The notes: generated by a model from the sequence alone, not told the origin. Counted from the first letter of the stretch, positions 49,601-63,968 are shown. The stretch: 64,000 bases of DNA from Balanoglossus misakiensis (GCA_040954595.2 CM082581.2:3712699-3776698), one strand, 5' to 3'. A program made the numbers and translations.

Positions 49601-52600
49601 TATAAACACTTACCCAATGCCTTTACCCACTGCTTTAAATACAGAGGATATCTGTAGCGCCCTCATGTGGCCACCACCAAAACACTCAGAGTGACTCCTA
49701 GGACTCTGTGAAACAATACAAACAACATTTATTTTATACATTCTTTCATAGTATTACAGAAAGCTGCGACTTCTGTACATGATTAATATGCCGTACAGAA
49801 GCTATTTTATGAGTGATGTGCACAGTTGCTTGGGGGTTGATACACTGTGATTGCTGCTATGACTTAGAAAAGGGAGAAGTCTTGAAACAAAATCCATTTT
49901 TGAGCCACCTCAGCTTTCTGCTGAAAAGAAGCGGTGCTGTGATGAGTTGCCTTATGAGAAAATGTGTAGATAGCCAATCGCAACACTGCTTGTCTGGGAA
50001 GGTAGCTCGAAGGTGGACTGAGTGTAGAAAGTGTATTCCCCTCAAAAATTGCCCAGAACACACAGAAGATCGATTTTATGGGCAAAGAGGATAGGAGGTA
50101 TGAATTTTGACATGGTAAGGAGGGAATTGATGATGAGTTGTTGATTAAATTTGGCCTTTGTGTGAGTGAAAAAATCTTCCAAACTTCAAAATTTGTGAGT
50201 GGAAAGTGAATTTCGTTTCAAGACTCCCTTTTCTAAGTCATGGAGCAATCGAACCCCCATGGGACGATGGTGACGTGGTGTATTCTGAGAGCATGCAAGT
50301 GAGTGGAAGTTGTTTACAAATAACCAGTATAGGGGTATTACACTGCCATCTTACCAGGAAGTTGAAAACACAGTATTGGCCAATTTTCCCACATCAACCT
50401 ATTTTGAATGTCTTGGCATGACTCAGATACAGAATTAGGCACAGCTTGGCTGTTTGAAGCTCCTAAAACTACACCCAATCTCACTTGTTTAGCTTTACTG
50501 GTATGGTCTAGACCTTACTGAGTCACACACACTTGGCGATTGCAATTTTTTCATCACCACTACATGCTCCAAAATGCCACTAAGCGGCCATTTTGTTCGA
50601 AACGTTTTCATAGAAGTGGCACTGTGGTTTCATTCATCCATGGTTGCCTTCAATGTTCTTTTCTCTGAACATATTGGTCCAGCACTGCCATGGAAAAAAT
50701 CCTGTTATTTTCCACTATCTATTAAAAGCAAATTTCAAACTTTAATTGGATTTTTCACAAAACACAGCCATATATCCTTGGTATTTTTGGTATGAATTAT
50801 TTTTACCTGCACCAAATGTCAATAATAAATAATAATATTGTTTGAGAGCAGAATATTGGATGAGTAATGGGATACGGTAGTCTAACACCTTATGTACAGA
50901 ATTTGTTCATGGCTGTAGTTTGTGTGCAACCCCTAATATTACAAAATTTCCTTATGTTAATGTACATTTTTGGTAAATGGAGAATTGATAAGCAGGCCAC
51001 CAAGAAATCCTATTGTACAGACCAGCCAGTAATTTTATGGCACTTGGTGTACAATAAATCTAGCCTTTATATGTGAGTTTATTAGTAGCTCGAACCGATT
51101 AAAATCAGACGTAGAGTTATGCACTGTCTTTAGCTTTGGTGATCGTTTTGGCTGTTCTATTTTCTGTCATGGCTGTGGGCCCCCTTCAGAACAGAACAGT
51201 CAAGAATCAGCAGAGGAAAAGACATCGCCCAACTCTACATCTGATTTTAATCAGATTGATTAGTAGCCATACCATCACATAAAAAAGATGAATAAAACTT
51301 ACCACTGCTGCCCTCAGTAACTTTTGACTTTGATTGTTGTTACCATGACGTTCAGTCTGAATTGGATGAAGAAACCACAAAAATAAACGTTACTTTGTGA
51401 ATCTTTGGCAATGCTGAAAGGTATGCAACATTTGCATTTTATTCTCATGTCACTCATCTTTTTCTGTGAATTCGAAAGTCACCAATATCCTTTGAACTTA
51501 TCTACTTTTGCAAATACAGCAACAAAATTGAGGAGAATGACTATTTGAATCAACAAGTAGTATTCATGATTTAAACACCAATGCCAGTATTACTTTTTGA
51601 CAGGTCTGATGCGGCTTTAGTAATTGAACATAAAATTTTAATAATTACTCCCTCCTCCCTCTCTCTGCCTCCCTCCTCTCTCTCTCTCCCCCCCCCCCCC
51701 CATCCCTCCCTCTCCCTCCTCCTCCTCTCCCAAATAGTTCTTACCACTTTTAAGTCGATCCAATAGCGTGTTTCGTGAACAATAACATTTCTGGCACCAT
51801 ACAGCGTCCTACAACATGGATTGCTATGATACAGTTGTGGAAATATCTGCCACTTCTCCAAACCACCAAAGTCGACTTTTTCTTTCCAGTTTAATCCATA
51901 CCTCTGTGTGAGAACACTCTGGGCTATAGCTCTGGAATAAGAAATGTTACATTTACCGGTAACTGTATGAATAAAATGTCTAATAAACCCCAAATTGCCT
52001 ACAGGCTCAACAAAATCAAGAACTATGCAACATTAGAGGTATGTACAGGTGCCTCAGAAGGCTATCTGCGACCGAAAGTGCCAGTCGCAATTTTGTGGCA
52101 AGTCAGAGGTTTATTCAATTCCTCTTCGGTAACAGATGTAGCAGTGGAATGATGACGCGGAACCAATATTTTGGATGTATGTGTTTCTGGTACATGTGAA
52201 CGATAAACTCTCCAAAGCTGAGTCCTAGAACTCTCCTGTAGATTTGTGCTTGCCATTCTCTCGTACAAGGGCATGCAATCGTCTGCAAACTGTACCAGCT
52301 GCTCTGGGAGGTCTGTCAAGTCGATATCGGTGTCAGACGATGGGTGGAAACAAGAACTGTCTATTGTTCTTTTGAAAAAAAACAGTTTAGTGTATTCGGA
52401 GGTCTTCATGGAAAGTGGGAAATGGTCTATGTTACCCGGATACTATCAGAATCTGCCAATGGAGCTCTAGGTTATATTTTTTCTAAATTTCAATCCATCA
52501 AAAACATGGGATTTAAAGACATTTTCGAAACTTTACGACAGTTGTGTCGTTCCAATAATGGATTACTGCTCAGGAATTTGGGGTTTTAATAATTCCATAA

Positions 52601-55600
52601 ATAGTAATAACATACAATTAAGGGCTCTTAGATTTTATCTTGGTGTACATAGATTTGCACCTACTGCAACCGTGGTCGGAGACACTGACTGGATATCGTC
52701 AAAAACTATAGGCATTATGTTAACATGGCTAGACCTAGGAACAGGTTGGCTAAAATGGACGAACAAAGTCTGTGTAAAGCATTTTTTTTTTACTTCTTTT
52801 TGTGTGCCTGTATCTTGAACAACAACTCAAATGAGAATGTATTATTATTTAAAGTGACTAATCACCCTATTGTGGCTTTGTGTTTTGCACTAGTCACTAT
52901 AATAAATATTATCTATTGTCTATCTATGAATTTACTCACGGATATAATTAGCGATTTTTTAATATTTACCTAACATCAAAATTATAAACATGACATGGGA
53001 CTGTACACAGTTTCTCAACAAGCGAAATTTCAGCGTTTTGCAAAGAAAAATCGTAATAATTAAACGAACAATCGGCAGCGAATTACTTATATTACAGTGC
53101 ATTATTGAATAGTCGAAATAACATACATTGGTAAAATGTTTTGTTACATTACAATGCATAATGTACACAGTCATGCGCAGTCATTTTAATACAACACATG
53201 AGTATCCAGAGAGTTGATATCCAAGGGCCCATGCTAAGGCCAAAACAAATACGTGTTTCGATTACATGGTTTTCAAAAATAGGGTATAGGTAGGGAATTT
53301 TTTTTTTGCAATTTTTTTTAAATGGGAACAGCACATACTTGTTATGACTAAGTAGAAATTGTGTCCAACACTCTAAATGTGATTTTTTTCTCGTTGTGTA
53401 AGGTGCTCTTGGCATGCTTACATAATTCCGTGCGTTTCGTTCTATTGTTCACAAAATGTGATTAAAGATATACTGTCACCTATGCAAATTTAGCTAGAGT
53501 TACCATGGTAAATTGAGATCTAGCCAATCACAGATTTTTAGTGGGTGGCACACGTGAAAAAAGAGTTCCACCATATGTTCTTTAGAACACTCAAATATGA
53601 AATATGCCATAAATCGGTGTGTGTAAATTGATGGTGACCGTATACCTAATAAATGATCCAAGTGACTATTGTTTATACATGTATATGTCCTGATTTGTGT
53701 AAATAATTACCAGTTCCGGTTCTTACAAAAGAACGTACCAATGCAGGAGCGCCAACCTGATTGGATGCATTTGGCATAAAAAAAACTCATCAAGAGAATT
53801 TTCGGTCCATATTGTGACCCGGCCGATTAAAGTCACGGTTCCTCCTCCATCACTGTGAATAAGCGTCTAGACATGGACAGTGGTGACACTCAGCCGCAGT
53901 TGGGAAAGCGTAACTCCAGTCAAGAACGCCGAGTTTTATGTGACAAAATTGTCGACTTTGCTGAGAATTACCTCCGGAGAGTGGAGCGAGCTCAAATACC
54001 GAGCTTCAGAATGAAAGAAGGCAAGGCGGTCGGTTTGCTGGACTGCGCGTTTGATGACCTTCCCAAGGATATTGGTAGGTCTGCTTTGGGTTCACAAAAA
54101 CATTTTCATCCCAAACATCGTTTCACCCACACACCGTTTTGTGCCGAAATTACTTGGCTCTGTGCATATCTTGTAACGACATTGGTTCGTAAGGTAGCCT
54201 TTGGCTCCACTTATTATTTTTGTGACATGTTACATTTGGTTTTTGCACGACCATTTTGTGGATGCACAGTATGTAATTGTCTCAAAACTGACAAAGTACG
54301 AGCTGAAGTGCTAGCTCGTACTTTCATGAGTGAGGTATGTGCCTGTCAGGTGCCTAAGAAGGCTATCTGTGTGCGGCACTTTTGTGGCAATTAAGTCGCG
54401 TTGCATTCACAGTGGTATGTTGGTTCACATTCATGATGGAACACTGGTAAACGGGTAGCGACACATTGGCTGAACATGTTTCTGGTACATGTACTTCATT
54501 GTTACTCACAGTTACATCATTTCACATAATCACATATTATCTTATTTCCATTGTGAGGTAAAATATAACGGCAAACTCATATTTGACCAACACGATCTTT
54601 AATTACATTTTGCTTGTCGACTTGCAGAGAGGGGAAGAGGGGTCCGTTAGAATCGGTTTAGAAATGACAAATACCCAATCCGTTATAAAATGCTGAACAG
54701 TTATTTCCAAGTTGTCTATACATGTCTGTATTTTCATTTCGTTGTTTTGGAATCCGGCTCAATCGATGTTAGAATTTATTGACTTATTCACGAGTCAATG
54801 CATCTGATCTGAGAAGACAGCACGAATGCTCTTTTGTTACTTAACCACCTCCATAGCTTTTCTTTTGCTCGACAGACTCTCTCCTGTCGGTGATTGAAGA
54901 ACATGTGATTGGCTCAGGTATCGACTTTAACCGCCACACCACTTTGGGTACCATACCGGGGGGTGGCACATACCTAGCAGCTCTTGGGGACTACCTTGCA
55001 GCAGTTCTCAATCGACACAGTGGTAGGTAGCTATAGTCACTTTTACGACCCCTGGATGATCTTCTGTCCCAATGATTAGCTGGTATGAAAGCATGGTGTC
55101 AATCAACGATATATACAACAACACTAACTCTATTCATGCTATTGTAACAAAGATGGCATTTTTGTTCTAGCATTAGTGGGGGCCGGGGAGGGGGGGGGGG
55201 TCTGACCAATCATGGACAGATTTCCTTTAGAAGACTCAAACACACCCTTTTAATCATATTTGGTATTACATATATGTAAATAAGAAGCGATCAATATTTC
55301 AAGTTTTCCCAATTGACCATGGAGCGAAATAGTCCCTTTCGCTGCAGGGTCTATGGTTTCCCCAAGTATGAGATACCCATGCTTTGTTCGCTACATTGTT
55401 CGTTTCTGATATTATTATTAGTCGTAATGCAGTTGAATTTATAGTGTACGAATCCCTGAGACGACCGGCAAAACTTCAAATTTCACTCTCCTACAGGTGA
55501 TTTCGCATCTTGTCCTGGTGCTGTCCGTATGGACAACATGGTGATATCTTGGACAGCGAAGCTCTTCAACTTCCCAGACGGCTTCGCTGGAAATTTGGCC

Positions 55601-58600
55601 TCGGGCGGCTCAGCAGGGACAGTGCTGTCCTTCTTGGCTGCAAGACACAGCAAAGGATTGAGGGGCGAAGACTTTAAACGGTAGGTTGGTGCGTCACCAA
55701 ACAAATACATGTATACACTTTCAGGACAAGAGGCTCACCATCTCTCATTAATCCATAGAACGGGTCGAGTTCGCCTCGTAGATGTGGCGATAATCTTATG
55801 TTAATCGCCGGAATCATTCATAGAGAAACACAATGATTTTCCTCGCAGGGTTGTTGTGTACATGACCAATATGACCCATAAATGTGCGCAGATTTCTTTG
55901 ATGACGGTTGGTCTGTTTGAAGCCATAATCAGAGAAGTACCGATGGACGATAACTTCAGAATGGATTCTTGTGTCCTGAGAGATTTGATCATAAGGGACA
56001 GCGAGGTACGTACTATAGGAACTGTTACCGCTATACTAGTATGCAGAACCAACTCAAGTATTGACGATATTTTTGGTGTTTTTTTTGTCGTACGGTGTCT
56101 GGGGAAGATAGCAAGTTTAGATTCCTTTACAATACTGGAGCGTTTGTCAAATGTTGCGTGAATCGATTTCTAGGGGATTGCTCCGTACTATGTTGTGTAT
56201 TAAAGCCTAAAGCATAAAATATTTTATTACTGACCAGTTTATGTTTATGAATCTTAGCGATATCAACCAGTCGTGGCTTCACATGATCGCCATTTGGTGA
56301 ATACGTCCACTTGTCTGCCAAATTAGAAGTGCTTTTTTGTCTTGTCATATATTTTCTACAGGCAGGTCTGTTGCCGTTCCTCGTGGTGGCAACCATCGGC
56401 ACCACAAGCGCCGGTTCTGTGGATCCCATAGAGAAAATCGCCCATGTGGCGGAGGAATACAATCTGTGGTTGCATGTGGATGCTGCGTATGGCGGTTATT
56501 TTGTTCTAGTGGAAGAATTGCAGGACTTCTTTCGAGGGGTGAACAGAGCCGACTCTGTGGTCCTTGACCCCCACAAAAGTAGGTTTTGGTTCAAACATGT
56601 CTCGTGTGCTGATGCTGTCTTATTTCAAGTCAAGTCCAATCATGATACAAACCAACCGACATGACCGCGCGCTTGTTCGTATCAAATGCCACATCTTATA
56701 TATGCAAGCCCGATATGACTTTCCATCTAACTCTATTGATACATGTACATGTGATCGATTGTATATAGATGTACTTCGTAAGACTGTTCAAACTAAGGTA
56801 CAAGGCAGTCAACTTTGCAATCGTTCAGATCATCATCCAGATGCGTCAATTAACCAATTTCTTTCCAACATGACACCCCCTCAAGTATTTTTGAGTCTGG
56901 CCACCCAGACAAGCCGTGATATCAGCGTGTAACTATATTGGACTTGTTCTTGACACATCCAGGTCTGCACGTTCCCTGGGGGACCAGCGTTGTCATTGTA
57001 AGAGATGGTCACAAGCTACGAGATGCCATACAGGGGTCTACTGAACAACCGGCCATACCAGGATATTTACAAGAGTTTGACGGGTATTTTGAGGAGTCCC
57101 CGAGGGATCTGTCATTTGAATTGACAAAACATAATAGGTATATTGTGTCATTAATATACATACATAATTATGTAAATGAATACAGATTAAAGAAATTTCA
57201 CACAACGGCTATTCTGCCCCTTCGAAATCGGACGATACCACATTTGTTGCGGGGGGGGGGGGGGGGACTTGATGGAGTATAAGACGGAATTCGAGAGGCT
57301 TAGCTTTAAAAAATACATGTACACAATCTGAAAGAAATGTATGAGTTATAAACATTACAAAACATCTCCCCCCCCCCCCCCCCCAGGGCACTGCGAATCT
57401 GGCTACCACTGCAGTTTTATGGAGTGGCGGCATTCCGTGAATCCCTGACAGAAAAAATCCAGCTTTGTAAATATGCTTACCGGAGTATCAAAGGTTTGTG
57501 TTAATCGTTTATTTTACTTTTAATTATGTCGATCTGCCTCCATGCAATCTTGAGGAATTATTCAGCCTATCATAATGGTTTACTTGGTCGATTGTGGTTA
57601 ATGAGCTGTTGAAAATATGAAGTCTCCTAAATTTCCGACGACACAAAGTTGTGTAACTGATAATATATTTTATCACCTGGAGTTGTTCGGAATGATCGAC
57701 ATACTGTATTTCGGAGAATTTTTGTAATAATATTAAAAGCTACCAAAAGACACAACTTTTGAACAAGGTTTCCTTTCTTCATTGCCTTCACCAGAAATTC
57801 CCGGATTCAAGGTCGACTGTCCACCACAGTTGACGACCATTACGTTCCACTATGAATTGGGTGATGACAACGCAAATGAAACGTTCAACACGGCCGTCAG
57901 AGAGAAGATTGTAGCGGACGGTACTTTCTACGTGTCCTCGACGAGAATCCGTGGACAATTCCGACTTCGAATATGCATCCTTCATTTGTGCATTCACAAA
58001 GACACCATCGATGACTTCCTGGCGTTGCTCAAGAAATATCTGGCCGAACTCAAGGCTGAGTGAGCGATCCTCGCACATTTTCTGCCCTAGTTTCCAATAT
58101 TACCCTATTCACTGTGTAGACAAGCCAAAGGCAACTACAAATGGATTCACTAACTTCAAAACCAAGATAAAGACCTGTAATTTTTAACACCATTCATATT
58201 TCCTCCCTTGTGCACACTGGGATAACATTGGCACATTTAAAACAATCTGACGAAAAACACCACTGTTTATGGACCTATTAAAAATACAACGAACAGACTT
58301 TGCAATACAAGAAACACCAAATCTTTAAATTGTTCTAGAACTATTGTCGCTACAAGCTGCATTAGAATCATTCAATAAGGAAAACTGCTGAATAGTAAGA
58401 AAGCAAACTGAAATCAGATAAATTCTTTGCATAGGAAATTGAATGATCAACACCGTTTCTCAAAGATCTACAAAGCAACCAATCATTGGGAGAATTTGAG
58501 CGGGTGGCCTTAAAGGTATACGCTCACCTGTTGAAAATTAGCTATAGTTACCATGGCAAACTGAGATCTAGCCAATCACAGATTTTCAGTGGGTGGCACA

Positions 58601-61600
58601 CACGAAAAAAAGAGCGCCACCATATGTTATTTAGAACGCTCAAATACGCCATTTCAGCCATATATGGACGTATGTAAATTGGAGGTGACTGAATACCTTT
58701 AACAAGACGATAGTCTCTGACATTCATGAATAAGGTCAAGAATGTCTGCAGATAACCATGATTCATTCCTTTATTTCCTGTGGTACGCGTACACAGCACG
58801 TGTCACGTGCCCATTGCAACTATCGTAGCATACGCAAGTGCGAGTGATCGCAGATACAAGTCGCAGATGTAAATCGCAAGTATTGTGTGCGACCGACTTT
58901 CCGTCAACACTGCGACTAGACTGCGAGTCGCACTTAGCATCTGGAGACACCTGTATATACCTCAACATTAGTGAAAATGGTCATAATATCCAGAATTACA
59001 TTCACTGCCATCATGTTGCACAATGAAAATGAAGAGCAAGCAGAGAATGTCAGATATAAGAAAAGAATTTGGATAATTGATCATGTACTGTACATGATGT
59101 GAAATAGACAAAAGCCAAGATAATAAACTTCCCAGGTTTTTATCTTGAATAACCAATCTCTGATTCACAATTCCTGTTGTTAATATTTAACATACCTAAG
59201 GTTTTCTTTGCCTACTTTGGCCTCCATGTTGTCATAGAAACCATACTTCACCCACTGAAGGACAGACTGTCTGACAGGATTGGTGACATCATAATCAAAT
59301 TTTCTGGCAAACATAGTGTTCATTGACTGCAACTGCAACTTTGGCACATCTGACATGTCGAATATGCCGGGTCCCTGAAAAAAAGGAGAAAAAGAATCAA
59401 TAGAGGGGTTTAGTTACACATAATAATATTCGATCAGTATGCGCAACATCTTTGTCATGTGATAACCATACATCCCATACATGTAGAGGAGACATTTGGA
59501 GCATTTTTTTCAGATTTTCTGAAAATTTTGTCTTAATTTGTGTGGTCAATCTCTGAAAGTGCAATTGCGATGTAGCCAGTATCCATGTTTTCTGAATAAT
59601 TTCTGCCATATGTGCTAAAACCGGCAGTATTTGCTGTTTTCCAAACATGAACACAATTATTTATTCCCACTGTAGTCCATGCATCCATAGAGCCAGGTTG
59701 GACTTGAGCAATGTCCAAAATGGATCATGTGTAGAAAATCAAACGGGAAACTTAAAGCACTTATGATATGTGGTGGTTTAGTATCTACAGTCAATGTTCT
59801 CTTGACTCTTTTTTTCTCATTAAAATTGTAATAAACTATTTTCATGTTTGAATTTTGTACCAATTCATGAGCAAGTAAGGAGCAATGCAATGGCTTCCTT
59901 CTGAATTATGAATCCAAAAGAAAACAACAATGCAAAGAACCATTCAAATATTAGATTATTTAAAATAGAAACAGATATAAATCCAGTAAGATCATTTTTC
60001 CCTGTCTTTCTTTGTCTTACCTGACCACAAAAATCAATGTCTTCAGTGTGTCTACAAAACCCAAATTCATCACGACTGTCAAAATTTTTCAGATGATGCA
60101 GGTGCCCTGGTAGGTAGGTATGCCTGAATAAAAACAACAAAATGTACACATCTCAGAATCAATCCATCTCCTTTGACCCTTTCATCCATATGACCGCTAT
60201 GGTCAAGTCCAAATTGTTTTCATTTGTGCAGTGGCAAAATCTATAGCATCAGCATAGTCTCTCGAGAAACATAGTTCATGTTCCTATTTAGTTTGTATGT
60301 GAGTTAAATTTGTTTACAACTATCAGAGTAAGAGACAACATTCTAGTCAGCAGAGACTGGTTAACACACAATTCAAGTTGTCAGGGTTCTTGCCATCATA
60401 TGTAACACAAATCACACTCAAGATGCAAAGTTGTTTTTTACATCAAAAATGCAGACAGTTTATTTAAAGGCTGATAATCGTCCTATGTGCATGTGCATTA
60501 AATTTTGTGTGTACATTGTACAAACATTACGTCCAATCCAAATGTTCTGCGAATTTTGCATTCAACGCATTCAAATAGTTGACTGCCTTCACTTCCTTCC
60601 ATATTTCATGCACAGCGTATAAGTAGACTTCAGTTGTGTCCCTTCTTTTCACGTAATTTGCTGTCTTTTCCTGATCTCCGACAGACTATGGTCACCGCCA
60701 TCTTGTCTGTTTTTAGGACAGCACACTGCTTTATAGCATTGACAGTATACAATTTTTGTAACCAGAGTCTCTGGTTTTGCACATGCGCATAAGACAATTG
60801 TCGCCATTTAAGCGTTAAAATGCCAAATTGTGTTTTAAATCAAATTATTAAATAACCATCCTACCTGAGATCAGATACCATCAGATTTGACATCATATAA
60901 CTTTCATCAGGAATAATACAAGTCTGTGCGAAATACTGTAAATTGTTGATTTTCCACCCTCTGTCTGCAGAAACCACAAACTCTGCAAAATTTCTGAAAT
61001 AAAAGACAAACATGTATAGCTGCAAGTGAATATGGACACTGAGTTGAACAAAATATCAAACCCATATTCCAATGAACACAACGCCACAAAATCTGGATTC
61101 TTGAAGACCAAACCTTCCCTTGAAGTAGTGAATAAACACATCAACGGCATTCAATACAGAAATGTCATTGTCAGACATTACCAGGATTATAACTGAGGCA
61201 AATTATGCAGTTAGAGCTTTCCAAAACTTCATTTTCTGAGGTTTACACATACGTGACGACATATTTTCCATCACAATTGAACAATTTTCAATTATTAAAA
61301 ATTATTAAGTACTGAAATGGGCCCCACTCTTTCCTGAGTTCAACAGGTTAAATGTTTCTATGATCATTAGTGATGAAGAAAATATTTCATGAAAATGTCA
61401 AAAATGTTTGGTGACAACAAGTATGCAGGAGGATTCAGGTGATAAAGTAAAATCTGAGACAAGATTCACCAAATAATTACAAAGGTGGAACTATTAGGAG
61501 ACAGTGCTATCCATCAAAATGGTTTGCATCTGACAGTTTAGTAGCTCGTTTCTATGTACAAGAAGTTGTTATGTAGTGCCCCAACAGATGGTGTCTCATC

Positions 61601-63968
61601 AGAAAATGCGGGCATCCATCAAATAAAGAACCCTTCAGCTATTAAGATCTATCCTGAAATTAATCAAAATAAGGCAGACTGCTTACCACACACAGTAAAT
61701 AACCCCAACCTATCCTTCTGGGAAAAGTGAAGCTAAAATGCTTGATTCATTTTCATTTTTATTAGTATTTTATTCATTCAGATGCATATTGTACTAAAAA
61801 AACATGGTGACAATTACTATAGCTCCTACAAAGACATGCATGGTACCTCCCACAAATTTTTCGTTCTGAACCACCATGCCAGGTCATATTGAATAGAATT
61901 GCAACGCAAACTTACTAGTATATGGCATTGTGTGTCATTATCTTTGCAACAAATCTCCAAGAATGTGTGATGAGTATTCATGCAGCCATGTTGGATCTAT
62001 ATGCAGCCATGTTGGATCGAACGTCAAAACAAAGTGATGTGAATCAAGTGCTTCCTTACCTGCCATATACACCCCACTGTGAGGCACTGTACATGTCAGC
62101 CCAAGCAGGTCGATCACCTCTATAAGATGCATTGTAGACATGGGCATCACAGCTGTACCAAACCGTGTGATCTGTTATTTTGTCCTTTCTGTCACGCCAG
62201 CGGCCATTTTTCCGTAGGAAAGTGTGACCTGAAAAATGGTCACAATGTTAACAAACAGATGAAAGTTTTGGTATCATTTGTCAATACTAATTCAAATATG
62301 CAAAACATTGTAAAACTCTGAGCATGTACATGTTAATCAGATTATTAATTTAAATTTTCGAGTGTATGGGCACACCATTGCTACATCAGCTTTTCTCCCT
62401 TTTTCTGATTTCGCTCAGTAATGAAGTCGAACTATACTACAGAATACTGTAAAACGGGTTATTTTCGCGAGCAATAAATAAAACACGCGAGAGCCAAAAA
62501 AACACGAAAATAAATAGTCGCATAAAAGTGTTGTTTTCTGGGATTTACAGAGAAATATGAGAATGTGAAAATTAATCCTGGCATAATAGTTTACTCTTTT
62601 GATATCGCGAAAATTTCCTGTTGCAAAAATAACCTGTTTTACAGTACATCATCATTGTGTGTCAATTATGACCAGGTCATAGCTTTGTAACATCATTAAA
62701 TTTGATGTACCTCTAGCAGGGGCTAATGAAGCAGCCACATCATCCATGTCTCTGATTGGCAGATCAGCACCACTTAAATTAATTGTGAAATCCCATGATC
62801 CCATTCTCAAAAGTTCTTCAAAACACTGCAAAGAACACAAAGAGTGGTGAAAATGGCAATATCACAATTCATCTGTCAATGGCATCAAATTAAAAAGCAT
62901 TTAGTGAAATTACAATAACGCTTGCCTGAATTTACACCAGAACGATTTTTTTATAAGGCCTTAACAGAATAGGATGTCAATAGATGGTAAAAACTGATAA
63001 TTGAAATGCTATAGTGAATATATTGAAATACTCTATGATTATTTGCATAAAAATAACATTAAATCTGCCCACCAACAGATAAGAATCAAGCCATCAAAAG
63101 TTCAGTTTTTGACCGAAAAGCTGTTGGGGTTTCACTACAGAAATTCATTAGAATTTTTATTTGTTTCGAAAATCCCCTTTCAAACTGAGTTTTCTTTGAT
63201 ACATGCAATTTAACAATTTCCAAACCCTGTAAAAAACAACTTTTCTTACTTAAATGCTATAAAATACCTTTAGATCTTTGGCAAAACATTTTGTGATATC
63301 AAGTTTTTAGTTCATGTTGCTGTAATCTTTCAGATGTCTCAAATATTCCCTGCGCAATATACAGGAACTGTGTTGAATAAATACGAGAATACAGAGAATT
63401 TGGAGCAACTTGGGTTCTGTTGGCCCATCGAGATTCACTTTCTGAAGATCAAATGTTCAGCACTGACACTTACTAACTAAACTAGGGTGTCTTAGACACA
63501 TTTGATTTTCTCCATGTCATCACACAAAAACGATCAGGAGGTGAGAACACATATTAAACACCTACAAGTACCATGCAATACTGTAATGCCCCTCAGAGCA
63601 TTTGGGTCACACTACTTACAGATTTGATGACTTTGAGCATGGACCTTTAGGCTGGCTTAATTGCAACCATCTGATTTTAACCATGTACGTGATATAGTTT
63701 GCACACAGGCAAAAATAGCAATGACCTGACTGACACACTGCATGAGTGACTTTAAGACTTTTCAAAATGGGGGATAATTATTTCAAGAACTTCGCGTTCA
63801 TGGTAAAAATACAGACAGCACCATATATGAAGTCATTGTCAATGACGATTTTTGCCTTACCTCAAGTTCGGCCCGGACAATTTCATAAGAGCCCCAGGAT
63901 GCAACAAAGGATCGATCTTTCGGCAGAATGTGAATATTATCAGCAAACTGAGTCTTCTCAATCAAGAC
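46684..63968 (-). CDS. Xylosyltransferase-like GT14 (Core-2/I-branching fold plus Xylo_C-like) glycosyltransferase; 5' part lies outside the window
   Basis: Phase-consistent exons 63968-63861 (FVASWGSYEIV), 62825-62711 (WDFTINLSGADLPIR), 62228-62060 (CDAHVY..SASQW), 60993-60865 (IIPDESY), 60123-60021 (CRHTEDIDFCG), 59374-59196 (MFARKF), 51931-51745, 51356-51303, 49705-49614, 49406-49258, 48685-48483, 47666-47504 (GLWKVRL), 47036-46684; collinear with recalled XYLT1 motifs. Confidence 0.85.
51090..51259. mobile_element. MITE with 8-bp TSD (hAT-like size)
   Basis: TIR gattaaaatcagacgtagagtt / aactctacatctgattttaatc; TSD TTAGTAGC on both sides. Confidence 0.65.
52195..52465 (-). pseudogene. Decayed 3' fragment of a P-loop sulfotransferase-like (BCAT-like protein) gene
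   Basis: ..FFKRTIDSSCFHPSSDTDIDLTDLPEQLVQFADDCMPLYERM resembles the recalled C-terminus of that family; frameshifted upstream. Confidence 0.4.
52470..52790 (+). mobile_element. Non-LTR retrotransposon (RTE-X/L2-like) ORF2 C-terminal fragment
   Basis: KLYDSCVVPIMDYCSGIWG...IQLRALRFYLGVHRFAP..VVGDTDW with frameshifts. Confidence 0.75.
53873..58063 (+). CDS. Group II PLP-dependent amino-acid decarboxylase (aromatic-L-amino-acid decarboxylase-like, bacterial-type), 485 aa, 8 exons, nested antisense in a GT14 intron
   Basis: Exons 53873-54074, 54876-55022, 55497-55680, 55849-56005, 56362-56578, 56963-57137, 57387-57493, 57795-58063 give 1458 nt in one frame. Motifs GNLASGGS, TIGTTSAGSVD, WLHVDAAYGG, DSVVLDPHK (PLP lysine), RALRIWL, RLRICIL. 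Confidence 0.93.

Noticed and set aside
53873-58063. Bacterial contamination
   Set aside because: Seven GT-AG introns, and it is embedded among host MITEs
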